Positions 45,751 to 56,677 of a stretch of 60,283 nt of DNA are shown one piece after another. The DNA is from Alphaproteobacteria bacterium (GTDB lineage: Bacteria; Pseudomonadota; Alphaproteobacteria; CAAHEQ01; UBA3637): positions 1 to 60,283 of the forward strand of contig JAZKXP010000006.1 in the NCBI GenBank assembly GCA_045611665.1, in the 5' to 3' direction. The notes under the pieces are model-generated. The model did no database searches, was not told the origin of the DNA, and saw only the letters and a program-made list of their open reading frames with translations. The translations under genes were made by a program, and so were the position numbers. The first letter of the stretch is position 1. Each line of letters opens with the position of its first letter.

Positions 45751-45945
45751 GAGATTTTTTACATCTTCTTGTGTTTACTGTAAGATTAATTGTGGAGCAA
45801 AAAAACAGCTCTCTCATAGGGATGCCTGACAGAGGCGAGCATCTTGATTTCTTTAAAACGGCTTTGTGGAGACAGAGCGTTTCGGATAAATAAAATATCC
45901 CCCCAAGCGGCAAAACCGGTGGGGGGATTTTATTCGTGTCCTCTC

Positions 45946-47385
45946 TTACTTATCGGTGCAAAGTATAAAACCAGCAGAATATTGATTAGCATCATAAGGT
46001 GATATATGCTCTGTTCCGCCACAAATAAAACGTTGTGAAGTATTCTCAGAATAAACATCTTCCAGCCACTTTCTGTTAATGTTGGTTTTAAATGATTTTG
46101 CTCGATTGTTGGGAACAACGGTTGAGAGGTGTTCTGAATCAAATGACCACGATAAATAAAAATCATCGGCTTTGGCCATTCGCCATCCACTAGAACTACA
46201 GACATCTTTGGCCGTGTACCAATTTGTAAAATCGCTACTAGTTGAGGGGAAATACCAATTTTCCGTATGTTCTATGCCATTTTCATCCGTAAATGTAATT
46301 GTTTCGGTTGTATAGGATGGTACCTGTTCGCAAACACCACTCCCGTTTTGGGATAACCCATTACAGTATTGTCCACTGCCACACACCTTATGCGAGGTAC
46401 ATGAAATGGCGCAAGTCCCATCTAGCCAACATATACCGATTTGGTTATCTTGCGTTATACACATATTCCCTATCAAATAGGTACAAGAATTATCTTGACA
46501 CCCGACACAAACTGTATCTACTCCTTGTTCTGTGGCATACATAGTACAATCAATACCCCCACATAGCGTGTTTTCAGTTTGGCATATACCATTAGAACAC
46601 ACACCTTGCTTACCGTTTTTCTCACAAGTTAATCCACCGATAAGAGTTGGTGTACCATCTGCTACAACAAAGCAAGCTGGATCATAAGGGCAATTTTCCA
46701 CACTGCCGGTTTCACTGATACAAGTTTGTGTTCCGTCTGCCATACAAGTACCCAATACGCAATATCCCGTTTGTCCATCTTCAGTTGTACATTTAGATAT
46801 TGGTCCATTATTACTACAGCCTTTATTTTCTTCTTCATCAAAATAAAAGACCAACGTATTTTCATCACCGCAATCGCCGGCGTTTTCTCCCGCATATTCG
46901 GCATTAATTTTAACAGCTTTTGCATGTTTTTCCATACCCTCTACCATCAACTCACATACACGGCTCGGCACACCGGATACCTGAATTCCTATGGTTTCAT
47001 CTTCTAACGTAATCGGGTAAAGAGTCTTTTCATTTTTCCACCCATCTAAGGTGGCATCTCCGGTTGTATCAAACTGAGCCAACACATCTACAGCTCGTAC
47101 ATTCACATCATATATAGTCCGATTTGCCCGATATTTGTCCATACCGTAGCTGTAGCCGGCAATTCCGCCGACACTCAATACGCCGATGATGGCCAAAGTA
47201 CCGAGCATTTCTACCATAGAACGTCCACTTTGTGCTATGATGGCCCCTCGGGTCTTCGTTTCACTCCGACCGAGGGAGACAGAAAGGGGGAAACGACCGG
47301 CTTCTACTTTTCTATCATACTGGTGCCCCTCACCAGTATCCAGCAGTAATGAGGCATTATTATGGTTAAAATCTTGCGTAGCCAT
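45946..47385 (-). CDS. Cys-rich protein with internal pilin-like class III signal and C-type-lectin-like C-terminus (sub-family B)
   Basis: RBS AAGGAAG before ATG 47385. The motif ...AQSG|RSMVEMLGTLAIIGVLSVGGIAGYSYGMDKYRAN begins only at about residue 53. Many CxxGxxC modules. C-terminus FTNWYTAKDVCSSSGWRM...GFILCTDK. Confidence 0.75.
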   Translation of the reverse strand: MATQDFNHNNASLLLDTGEGHQYDRKVEAGRFPLSVSLGRSETKTRGAIIAQSGRSMVEMLGTLAIIGVLSVGGIAGYSYGMDKYRANRTIYDVNVRAVDVLAQFDTTGDATLDGWKNEKTLYPITLEDETIGIQVSGVPSRVCELMVEGMEKHAKAVKINAEYAGENAGDCGDENTLVFYFDEEENKGCSNNGPISKCTTEDGQTGYCVLGTCMADGTQTCISETGSVENCPYDPACFVVADGTPTLIGGLTCEKNGKQGVCSNGICQTENTLCGGIDCTMYATEQGVDTVCVGCQDNSCTYLIGNMCITQDNQIGICWLDGTCAISCTSHKVCGSGQYCNGLSQNGSGVCEQVPSYTTETITFTDENGIEHTENWYFPSTSSDFTNWYTAKDVCSSSGWRMAKADDFYLSWSFDSEHLSTVVPNNRAKSFKTNINRKWLEDVYSENTSQRFICGGTEHISPYDANQYSAGFILCTDK

Positions 47386-47414
47386 TTAGACTTCCTTTCA
47401 ATTTACAAATTAAA

Positions 47415-47597
47415 CGAAAACCACCTTTATAAAAAAAGTGGCTGGAAGTTAAGAGCTATTAAAACCAAACAGTATGATATATTGACCCCATAGGGCTATT
47501 TTATCATCCTCCAGCCAATGCTGGAAGTATTTTATGTCCTTGACTATAGGACAGGTTTTAAGAGGCTCTTATACCTCAGGGCAGAACACCTGCCTTA
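47415..47597 (-). ncRNA. structured cis-regulatory leader RNA, copy C
   Basis: Promoter TTGCAA (47627-47632)/17 nt/TAGTGT (47604-47609) on the minus strand. GCCCTGAGG-TATAAGAG-CCTCTT. Loop TAAGAGC (plus 47565-47571) is complementary to GCTCTTA (plus 47450-47456). Central hairpin CTTCCAGC-ATTG-GCTGGAGG (47508-47528). 3' box ACTTCCAGCC (47440-47449). Terminator (47417-47440). Confidence 0.75.
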
Positions 47598-47642
47598 AAA
47601 ATTACACTATCGAATTTTTTTATCTTTTGCAATACTAAAATA

Positions 47643-47696
47643 ATAAAAACGCCCCCGATTCCTCAAGGGCGTTTCAAAAATCAGATTACTCAAATC
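47643..47696 (-). terminator. eno intrinsic terminator (also duplicated downstream of thrS)
   Basis: On the minus strand: AAACGCCC-TTGAGGAATCGG-GGGCGTTT plus T run, immediately after the eno stop. Confidence 0.75.
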
Positions 47697-49007
<1,311 letters not shown>

Positions 49008-49133
49008 TTATTAAGACTGAATGGCTGTATTTGAACCAGAAACACTAAATTCGTCGCAAACAACGCTCCTCATTAAGTTTATCTGCGTTCAAGTTCTGCC
49101 ATATTTTTATCCTTTCTATGCTTAATTATTAAA

Positions 49134-49961
49134 TTATTCAGCCTGTTTAGCAATTTTATCAAAAGCCATCAAGCGTGTCAAAACTTTTTCCATATCTTTT
49201 AGCGGAATCATATTCGGACCGTCACTTGGCGCAGTATCCGGTGTTTCGTGCGTTTCAATAAAAACACCGGCAATCCCCGTTGAAACGGCAGCACCCGCCA
49301 AAACAGGAGCAAACTCACGTTGTCCGCCACTGGATGTGCCTTGTCCGCCCGGTTGTTGAACAGAGTGCGTCGCATCAAAGACAACCGGATATCCCGTTTG
49401 TTTCATAATGGGCAAGCCTCGCATATCCACAACCAATGTATTGTATCCGAAACTGCATCCGCGTTCCGTTAATAAGATTTTATCATTCCCGGTGCTTTCA
49501 ATTTTAGCCACCACATTTTTCATATCCCACGGTGCTAAAAATTGACCTTTTTTCACATTAATGACCTTACCCGTACGACCGGCAGCTAACAACAAATCCG
49601 TTTGACGACATAAAAAGGCCGGAATTTGCAATACATCCATCACTTCGGCCGCCACCGCACATTGATGTGGTTCGTGAATGTCCGTTAAAACGGCACAACC
49701 GAGTTTAGCTTTAATATCGGCAAAGGCTTGTAATCCTTTTTCCAATCCCATACCCCGAATACCATTCACACTGGTGCGATTGGCTTTATCAAAACTGGCC
49801 TTAAAAACAAAAGGGATACCAAGTTTACTTGTCAACTCTTTCAAGGCACTGGCCATTTCCATACCATGAGCGGCACTTTCCATTTGGCAAGGCCCTGCGA
49901 TTAAAGCAAACGGAGCCTCATTGCAAAAGACGATATCATTTAAGGTTACTCTTTTTTGCAT
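49134..49961 (-). CDS. kdsA: 3-deoxy-8-phosphooctulonate synthase
   Basis: [21 protein letters not shown]. 275 aa. Confidence 0.9.
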   Translation of the reverse strand: MQKRVTLNDIVFCNEAPFALIAGPCQMESAAHGMEMASALKELTSKLGIPFVFKASFDKANRTSVNGIRGMGLEKGLQAFADIKAKLGCAVLTDIHEPHQCAVAAEVMDVLQIPAFLCRQTDLLLAAGRTGKVINVKKGQFLAPWDMKNVVAKIESTGNDKILLTERGCSFGYNTLVVDMRGLPIMKQTGYPVVFDATHSVQQPGGQGTSSGGQREFAPVLAGAAVSTGIAGVFIETHETPDTAPSDGPNMIPLKDMEKVLTRLMAFDKIAKQAE

Positions 49962-49982
49962 ACCTTATCCTCCGATAAAAAT

Positions 49983-50348
49983 TTATTGAGCTGGTTGTTC
50001 CGTCGGTTCTGCCACAGGAGCTGTTGGTACTTCTGCGGTTGGTGCCACCGGATCAGCAGCCGGTGTTTCAACATTTTGAGCTTGTTCTGTCGGCACCAAT
50101 TTAATATTTTCGGCTTGAGTTGCTTGTTTGGCTAAAATAACCAAAGATAAATTAACTAAAACAAACAATGTAAAAGCCCACCAAGTTAACCGTGTCAACA
50201 TATTGCCTGCTTGACGACCGGTAAATAAGCTGTTACCGCTGCCACCGCCAAGAGCACCCAAAGCACCACCTTCGGAACGTTGTAACAATACCAAAATGGT
50301 TAATACAACGGCTAAAATAATATCGATAGCTAATAATACTGAATTCAT
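49983..50348 (-). CDS. secG: preprotein translocase subunit SecG (with Pro/Ala/Glu-rich tail)
   Basis: Two TM helices, LLQ....GGLG..GGGS motif. Downstream of tpiA, as is usual. Confidence 0.85.
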   Translation of the reverse strand: MNSVLLAIDIILAVVLTILVLLQRSEGGALGALGGGSGNSLFTGRQAGNMLTRLTWWAFTLFVLVNLSLVILAKQATQAENIKLVPTEQAQNVETPAADPVAPTAEVPTAPVAEPTEQPAQ

Positions 50349-50362
50349 GTGTTATTCCTTTC

Positions 50363-51121
50363 TTACAATTGACTTTCGGCAATCGCCCAAAAATCTTCTA
50401 CTTTTAAACTGGCACCGCCGATGAGAGCCCCATCAACATTATCCACGGCCAACAATTCTTTTGCATTAGACGGCTTTACGGAACCCCCGTACAAAACACG
50501 CATACCATTTGCGATGTCTGCGCCCAATAAATCCATGAGTTCTTTTCGAATGGCGGCATGCACTTCAGCAACATCCGCTACAGTCGGTGTTTTACCTGTC
50601 CCAATGGCCCAAACCGGTTCATAAGCAATAACGCAATTTTCGGCCGTAGCAATCGCCGGAACGGATCCTTTAATCTGTGTTGCCACAACATCCAAAGCAC
50701 GCCCTTCATCGCGTTCGGCTTCGGTTTCACCGATACAAATAATGGCACGTAAGCCTGCTTTTATCGCATTTTCGGCCTTAGTTTTTACAACCGCATCTGT
50801 TTCACCGTGTAATGTACGGCGTTCGGAGTGTCCAACAATCGCATAATCAGCGCCCAAATCTTTAACCATTTCGGCGGAAACATCCCCTGTAAAAGCGCCA
50901 AAAGATTTTGGTGCCTCAGCCACATCTTCGGAACCGACTTTTAAACCGGCATGAGGCAAATCACAAACCAATCCCAACAAAGACATCGGCGGACAAATGA
51001 GCACTTCTATCGGCATATCGCCGGCAGCGGCCGTCTTTTCCGCCACAGACTTAGCCAAAGCCAACCCGTCAGCCTTTAAACAATTCATTTTCCAGTTTCC
51101 TGCGATAAGTTTTTGACGCAT
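50363..51121 (-). CDS. tpiA: triosephosphate isomerase
   Basis: ORF track extends to 51184. ATG 51119-51121 follows AAAGGAGAA and gives MRQKLIAGNWKMN. GHSERR, AYEPVWAIGTG. Confidence 0.9.
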   Translation of the reverse strand: MRQKLIAGNWKMNCLKADGLALAKSVAEKTAAAGDMPIEVLICPPMSLLGLVCDLPHAGLKVGSEDVAEAPKSFGAFTGDVSAEMVKDLGADYAIVGHSERRTLHGETDAVVKTKAENAIKAGLRAIICIGETEAERDEGRALDVVATQIKGSVPAIATAENCVIAYEPVWAIGTGKTPTVADVAEVHAAIRKELMDLLGADIANGMRVLYGGSVKPSNAKELLAVDNVDGALIGGASLKVEDFWAIAESQL

Positions 51122-51262
51122 ATTTTCTCCTTTTGTTTTGTTAACTGATTTTTTACTCTTAGCACATTTTACCCCTCTTTTCAAGCAAGATTTACATCCA
51201 TTGACAAAAAAACAAGAAAAGCGTATAATATTAAGAGGATTTACTTAATAAATGAGGGGTGT

Positions 51263-52093
51263 ATGACCGAAAATATAGAAAAAAATAATCAATATGCCCG
51301 TGTGACAGCCGGTTCGTTTTGGGATTTGAAAACGCCTCAAGAACGATCGGTCTGGCTGATTAAATTATTAGGCCACCAGTTTATCTCCTATTTATTACAT
51401 TCTTCAATAGATCCGGATAAAATTATTCCCGCTTCAACCGAGTTTGATTTGAAAACAAAATATAATGGACAAACTATTTTTTCTGAGGCTTTACGGACCG
51501 GATACTATCGTGTTGCCGGAAATTATATCCGCTTTAATAAAAAACATCCCGATTTCAAAGCCGGATTGAATCTGACAAATGAAAGCACGATTCGGGCGTT
51601 ACAAGAACTGGTAAAACCCATCCCCCCCAAAAAAAATCTGTATCAAACTCGTGCTCAGCGAGAAGCGGCCGAAGACAGACGGTTATTGTGTGTTGCTTTG
51701 ATGGATATTTTTCCTCCCAAAACAATAGCTTATGAGAGGGGTATGCGGAATGAGACGGATTTTTCGGCGGCCTTGAAGTTAGGGATAAAATGGAAACATC
51801 TGCGACCGGCCTATCGTGTTTTACAGGGATTGGAAAATAAATCTCAGGATGTGATTTTGCATGAGTTAAACTTAAAAGATGCCGAAACAAAAACTCTGTT
51901 AAAGGAAATAACATCACCTCATACATCGGAAAAACATCATCGTATTTTGACGGCAAAACTGCAACAGTTGTTGACTCCTGAAAATTTTGTCAAACAAGTA
52001 CGCAATAAGCAGTTATCTTATCAAGAAAGATTGGATATGAGAGAAAATTCCAGATTCTATTCGGAAATGGATTTTAAAGGGGGAGGAAGATGA
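51263..52093 (+). CDS. hypothetical protein
   Basis: 276 aa with no recognisable domain. Stop overlaps the start of the next gene (ATGA). Confidence 0.5.
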   Translation: MTENIEKNNQYARVTAGSFWDLKTPQERSVWLIKLLGHQFISYLLHSSIDPDKIIPASTEFDLKTKYNGQTIFSEALRTGYYRVAGNYIRFNKKHPDFKAGLNLTNESTIRALQELVKPIPPKKNLYQTRAQREAAEDRRLLCVALMDIFPPKTIAYERGMRNETDFSAALKLGIKWKHLRPAYRVLQGLENKSQDVILHELNLKDAETKTLLKEITSPHTSEKHHRILTAKLQQLLTPENFVKQVRNKQLSYQERLDMRENSRFYSEMDFKGGGR

Positions 52094-52875
52094 AAAAAAT
52101 CATTTTATTTGTGATAACGTTATGTATCCCGTTGGGGGTATTTGCCCTAAGTGACAGTGCTTTAGACAGTCGTGCAAAAACACTCCCTTCCGACTATAGT
52201 ACGACAAAAGAGCAGTTGGTTGAGGCGCTAACCCGCGGATTAACAACTCCGGCCGATAAAGCCAGAGTAATCGCCGGTTGGGTCGCTTATCAAGTTGACC
52301 GAAACGGTTATGAATATGATCAGCGGATACGTGCTTCAAATGATAATGATTTAGCCGACAATCCCATTCCAAACGATGTTTTTAAAACACGGATTGGAAC
52401 ACCGGCAGAATTTGCTCAATTATATGCGGAATTAGCCACTTTAGCCGGATTGGAGGTCGCCATTATAGAAGGATATGCCGGTCACAATGTTCCATCTCAT
52501 CGATATTCCGGTAAGTTAATGAAAGCATTGGAGCCTAATATCAATAAATTACGGGGCGGAACCTATCACTTGCAACGATACCGAGCGGCTTGGAATGCTG
52601 TAAAAATCAACGGAAAGTGGAACTTGCTGGATACGTACTGGATGATAAAAGGCGAAAAAATGCTCGGACGCGGTTGGTCTGAACGGGACTTCATTCGTGA
52701 AATGAAAAAGCGGATTCGTCGTGTGCCGTCAGCTTCTCAACTGAGTGCCGGAAAAACCATAGATAATGATTACTTTTTCGCCAAACCACGTGATTTTATC
52801 GATACACATTTTCCGGATGAAACAAAATGGCAGTTATTGGCTGTTCCCAAAACTTGGAGTAGTTTTACAAATTAA
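52090..52875 (+). CDS. secreted transglutaminase-like (KY/cysteine-protease fold) protein lacking catalytic Cys and His
   Basis: Signal peptide. TRIGTPAEFAQLYAELATLAGLEVAIIEGYAG and AAWNAVKINGKWNLLDTYW align to the G-x-C...GY / H-A-W-N-x-V...D-x-T-W transglutaminase core, but with Pro for Cys and Ala for His. Confidence 0.55.
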   Translation: MKKIILFVITLCIPLGVFALSDSALDSRAKTLPSDYSTTKEQLVEALTRGLTTPADKARVIAGWVAYQVDRNGYEYDQRIRASNDNDLADNPIPNDVFKTRIGTPAEFAQLYAELATLAGLEVAIIEGYAGHNVPSHRYSGKLMKALEPNINKLRGGTYHLQRYRAAWNAVKINGKWNLLDTYWMIKGEKMLGRGWSERDFIREMKKRIRRVPSASQLSAGKTIDNDYFFAKPRDFIDTHFPDETKWQLLAVPKTWSSFTN

Positions 52876-52958
52876 AAAAGAGGTATCGCTCCTTTTTTTC
52901 TTGTCTTGCAATTTTTCAAAAAATCAGATATAGTCCATAGGAAACAAAAGGAGGACAT

Positions 52959-53597
52959 ATGATTCAAATTGCTCCGAGTATTTTAAGTGCCGATTTTGCT
53001 AATTTGGGTAAAGATGTTAAAAAAGTATCCGATGCCGGCGCCGATTTAATTCACATTGATGTCATGGACGGTCATTTTGTACCGAATTTGACTTTCGGGC
53101 CTGTGGTCGTAAAATCTATTCGCCCCTATACGGACAAAATATTTGATGTGCATTTGATGATGACGAATCCTGCCGATTTTATTGAACCGTTTGTACGTGC
53201 GGGTGCCGATATAATTACCGTCCATTTGGAATGTGCTGATGAGATACCGACCTTAATTTCCATGATTAAAAAACATGGTAAAAAAGTGGGAATTTCCATA
53301 AAACCGTCAACAAAGGTCAGTGATATTATTCCATATTTGACCGATATTGATTTGGTGTTGGTGATGAGTGTAGAACCCGGCTTTGGCGGTCAGAGTTTTC
53401 AAAAAACAGCATTGAATAAAATTGCCGAACTAAAAAATTTAATCGGGCGTAAGCCTGTCAAAATTTCGGTAGATGGTGGTATTAATGATATCACGGCTCC
53501 GGCGTGTATTTTGGCAGGCGCTGATATTTTGGTGGCCGGCAGTTATGTGTTTGGGGCGCGCTCTTATAAACAAGCAATAGATAAATTAAAAGGATAA
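52959..53597 (+). CDS. rpe: ribulose-phosphate 3-epimerase
   Basis: IAPSILSADFA.LG......GAD.IH.DVMDGHFVPN.T.G. 212 aa. Confidence 0.9.
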   Translation: MIQIAPSILSADFANLGKDVKKVSDAGADLIHIDVMDGHFVPNLTFGPVVVKSIRPYTDKIFDVHLMMTNPADFIEPFVRAGADIITVHLECADEIPTLISMIKKHGKKVGISIKPSTKVSDIIPYLTDIDLVLVMSVEPGFGGQSFQKTALNKIAELKNLIGRKPVKISVDGGINDITAPACILAGADILVAGSYVFGARSYKQAIDKLKG

Positions 53598-53600
53598 CCC

Positions 53601-54302
53601 ATGACAAAAATTATGATTGTGGAAGATGAAGCCGCTTTGGTAACATTACTCAAATACAATTTGGAAAAACAAGGATACGAAACCATTTCGGTTATGGATG
53701 GGAAAGAAGTTATGAATACCGCCATGACGGAAAAACCGGATTTAATTTTGCTTGATTGGATGTTGCCGAATGTACAGGGCATTGATTTGTGCCGTGATAT
53801 GCGCAAATCTTATGAACTGAGAAATATTCCGATTATTATGTTGACGGCTCGGGGAGAAGAAGCCGATAAAGTACGGGGCTTATCCTATGGGGCAGATGAT
53901 TATATGACTAAGCCGTATTCTATTCCGGAATTAATGGCTCGGATTGTGGCACTCCTCAGACGTGTGCAACCCGAACAACGTCAAGAAAATTTATCATTTG
54001 AAGATTTGACAATGGATTTTGCCAAACGTCGAGTGATGCGGGGTGACCGACCGGTTCATTTGGGGCCTACCGAGTTCAGATTGCTTCAATACTTAATGGA
54101 AAAACCGGGGGTTGTTTTATCCCGTGAAGCATTGTTGAAATTGGTTTGGGGCGGGTCTATCCATGTGGAACTCAGAACGGTTGATGTGCATATTCGCCGT
54201 CTACGCCGAGCATTGAATGAAGGCGGAGAACCCGATATTGTCAGAACTGTTCGTTCGGCGGGATATGCATTGGATAGTACCCCCAGCGATGAGGGGGAAT
54301 AA
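53601..54302 (+). CDS. phoB: OmpR-family response regulator, PhoB-like
   Basis: IVEDE...DLILLDWMLP...GI.....R......IPIIMLTARGEE.DKVRGL..GADDY.TKP closely parallels PhoB. Winged-helix C-terminus. Confidence 0.8.
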   Translation: MTKIMIVEDEAALVTLLKYNLEKQGYETISVMDGKEVMNTAMTEKPDLILLDWMLPNVQGIDLCRDMRKSYELRNIPIIMLTARGEEADKVRGLSYGADDYMTKPYSIPELMARIVALLRRVQPEQRQENLSFEDLTMDFAKRRVMRGDRPVHLGPTEFRLLQYLMEKPGVVLSREALLKLVWGGSIHVELRTVDVHIRRLRRALNEGGEPDIVRTVRSAGYALDSTPSDEGE

Positions 54303-54305
54303 TAT

Positions 54306-55157
54306 ATGAAATATTCCCCCAATATGGATTATTTAAAAAAGTTATTTAGTCGTCCATCAAAAAAAATAGTAAATGACTCGATAGAACAAGAAACGGAAGA
54401 TCTTCCAGAATATGAGTTTCACTTTTCTTGGAGCGCGTTAAGTCAAATGCTGGTTGGACTTGCTTTTGGGGTTGTGTTTGGTGAAACACTCGGGGATTTG
54501 TTCTGGTTTTTGTATATTACCTCTTTATGTTCAGAATGTGTGCCGATCTTATGTTTTCTTTTTACAAAAAAACACAACCATAAAACAGATGATAATCTAG
54601 AGTTTTTGGATGGATCAATTAGATTAAGAGGTTTTTTAAAATCACTTTTTGGTTTAAAATTAACAATAGTGGATGTGCCGGGCATTATTTGGTGGTTTGG
54701 TTTATGGTATTATTTGCTGGGGACATTACTTAGTGTTTCTTATCCGTTTTCTGTGGAACATCGCTATTTTTTGTTTCTTGTTCCATTTGGCCTCTTGTCA
54801 GGGTATAAACGTATTGTGGAGGCCAAAAAACATGGAGATGGACATCTGCACCTTACAATGCTTCCATCACTTTTTACACTTTTAAGATTGTTTGGTGCAA
54901 TGATGTTTATCATGGTTAAAAGGATAGATTTTTCCTCATCTGAGATTTTGTATTATATTGGTCTCTATGCTTGGTTTTTTATTCCAATAAAATTTACCAG
55001 AAAAACAGAAGATATGGTTTTATCTAATCTGGCAGAAAACAAGGTTAAAGTGAAAAAGAAGCCCGAGGTAACACCAATGCCAGTGCCGCCAGCTCCGTCA
55101 TTGCTGTGGTGGCGTCGTCATCGAAAACGTAAAAACAACATAAATAAAGTTTTTTAG
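54306..55157 (+). CDS. hypothetical polytopic membrane protein
   Basis: About 6 hydrophobic segments and a basic Pro-rich tail. 4 nt after phoB. No domain recognised. Confidence 0.5.
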   Translation: MKYSPNMDYLKKLFSRPSKKIVNDSIEQETEDLPEYEFHFSWSALSQMLVGLAFGVVFGETLGDLFWFLYITSLCSECVPILCFLFTKKHNHKTDDNLEFLDGSIRLRGFLKSLFGLKLTIVDVPGIIWWFGLWYYLLGTLLSVSYPFSVEHRYFLFLVPFGLLSGYKRIVEAKKHGDGHLHLTMLPSLFTLLRLFGAMMFIMVKRIDFSSSEILYYIGLYAWFFIPIKFTRKTEDMVLSNLAENKVKVKKKPEVTPMPVPPAPSLLWWRRHRKRKNNINKVF

Positions 55158-55198
55158 ATGGTTAATTTTTATATTTTCAATAAGTTGTGAAAAATCCC

Positions 55199-55226
55199 TT
55201 GATTTTTTTTCTCAATGTGTTATAAT
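55199..55226 (+). promoter_or_regulatory. sigma70-like promoter of the HNH paralog cluster
   Basis: TTGATT (55199-55204), 16-nt spacer, TATAAT (55221-55226). Confidence 0.5.
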
Positions 55227-55255
55227 AAATATTGACAAAATATTGCGAGGGATAA

Positions 55256-56035
55256 ATGTTTACGAGAATTACCAATTTTAAGGGAAGTACATATTTTGAA
55301 TATGATTATGGCAATATACCATCCCGGTATATTGAAGTGCGATCTATTCCTCGAGCCATTAATGATGTGCGGTGGGATTTGACTTTGGGTAATGATAAAA
55401 TATACCGTCAAACAGTTAAAAATTGGGCAGAATGTGTTGAGCTTGAGCATTATTTTTCTAAAAAAGATGTTTTAAGTATTCGTCGTCGTGGTGTTTTGCC
55501 GGAGGGGTATTCTTTGCATCATATTCATCCCCGTGCGTTGGGCGGAAATACGATGGAATTAAAGAATATGGTTTTAATACCATATGATTTGCACGAACGA
55601 TTGCATGATTTTTTGCGTGATTTTATTATTATTAAATGTTTGCCGCGGACTCATTTAACGGCACCAATTCCACAAAATAAGAAAGTTTTTATGCAAGTTC
55701 CTATTTTGCCGCCAGTTGTTCGCGAGATAGATTTGCAATTTGCGATGAAACCAGCTTGTTTTGAACGTGATATTTGGCGTGCTGAAAAAATAATTACAGG
55801 ATATTTACGTCGTTATCCGAATAGCATATGCCGACCGTTATTTGTAAATGGTGTTATTGCTCAGTCGCCTAATCGTACAGTTATACCATCGTGGCCGCCA
55901 GCTCGTGTAGAGCCAACTAAAGTACATCAATTGCATAGAACGCATCAAAAATCACCACGTTTTCAACAAGAACATTGGTCTTTTAATGAGTGGGCCGCTA
56001 GTGTCAGAAATCGCAGTCAGAATTTTAGAACTTAG
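55256..56035 (+). CDS. HNH (His-Me finger) domain protein, paralog 1
   Basis: YSLHHIHPRALGGNTMELKNMVLIPYDLHERLH, followed by the family motif FMQVPILPPVV. Confidence 0.65.
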   Translation: MFTRITNFKGSTYFEYDYGNIPSRYIEVRSIPRAINDVRWDLTLGNDKIYRQTVKNWAECVELEHYFSKKDVLSIRRRGVLPEGYSLHHIHPRALGGNTMELKNMVLIPYDLHERLHDFLRDFIIIKCLPRTHLTAPIPQNKKVFMQVPILPPVVREIDLQFAMKPACFERDIWRAEKIITGYLRRYPNSICRPLFVNGVIAQSPNRTVIPSWPPARVEPTKVHQLHRTHQKSPRFQQEHWSFNEWAASVRNRSQNFRT

Positions 56036-56046
56036 GGAATATATGG

Positions 56047-56658
56047 ATGATAGATACATATTTAAACGAAGACGGCAATTTGGTTTTTACATACGATTCT
56101 CGTATGGAAAAAGAGGTTAAGCCTGTTTTATATCGTGATGATGAAGCGGTTTGTGCAATGCGTATGGCTTATGAGAAAAACAATAAAATTCAACGTGAGT
56201 TTTTAAAGCATTTAGCAGCTCAAGGCCATTTAAACAAAGTATTCCCAAAATCGGTTATTCGTGCTGCTTTAAATCGTGGTGCAAGACCCAGAAATTATCA
56301 AGTTCATCATATTGTTCCGCTTTGTTGTGGCGGCAGTAATGATTTTTCCAATTTAATGTTAGTTCATAAAGATGTTCATGCTGAAATTCATGATCGAATT
56401 TGGAAGGGAATTTATAAGACGTTAGCGGCAGGGATTAAACAACGTCGAGCCTTTGTTGATTTGCCCAAATTACCTCCGGTTATGATTCCAGAAGATAAAG
56501 TGTTGTTGTTGAGTTTAGAGGAATTAAGTAGATTGTTAGCTAAGGAAAAGTGTAAACGTGCAAAGTCTGCTTATCGAAATGGACAACAGTTGGGGCATCA
56601 AATTTCAAAACACACAAGTTATCACATCTCGCCTAATCAAGGTCGTTCATCGAGATAG
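56047..56658 (+). CDS. HNH (His-Me finger) domain protein, paralog 2
   Basis: YQVHHIVPLCCGGSNDFSNLMLVHKDVHAEIH, the best-preserved HNH motif of the three, then FVDLPKLPPVM. Confidence 0.7.
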   Translation: MIDTYLNEDGNLVFTYDSRMEKEVKPVLYRDDEAVCAMRMAYEKNNKIQREFLKHLAAQGHLNKVFPKSVIRAALNRGARPRNYQVHHIVPLCCGGSNDFSNLMLVHKDVHAEIHDRIWKGIYKTLAAGIKQRRAFVDLPKLPPVMIPEDKVLLLSLEELSRLLAKEKCKRAKSAYRNGQQLGHQISKHTSYHISPNQGRSSR

Positions 56659-56677
56659 GAGTAGTAAGGGGGATAGA

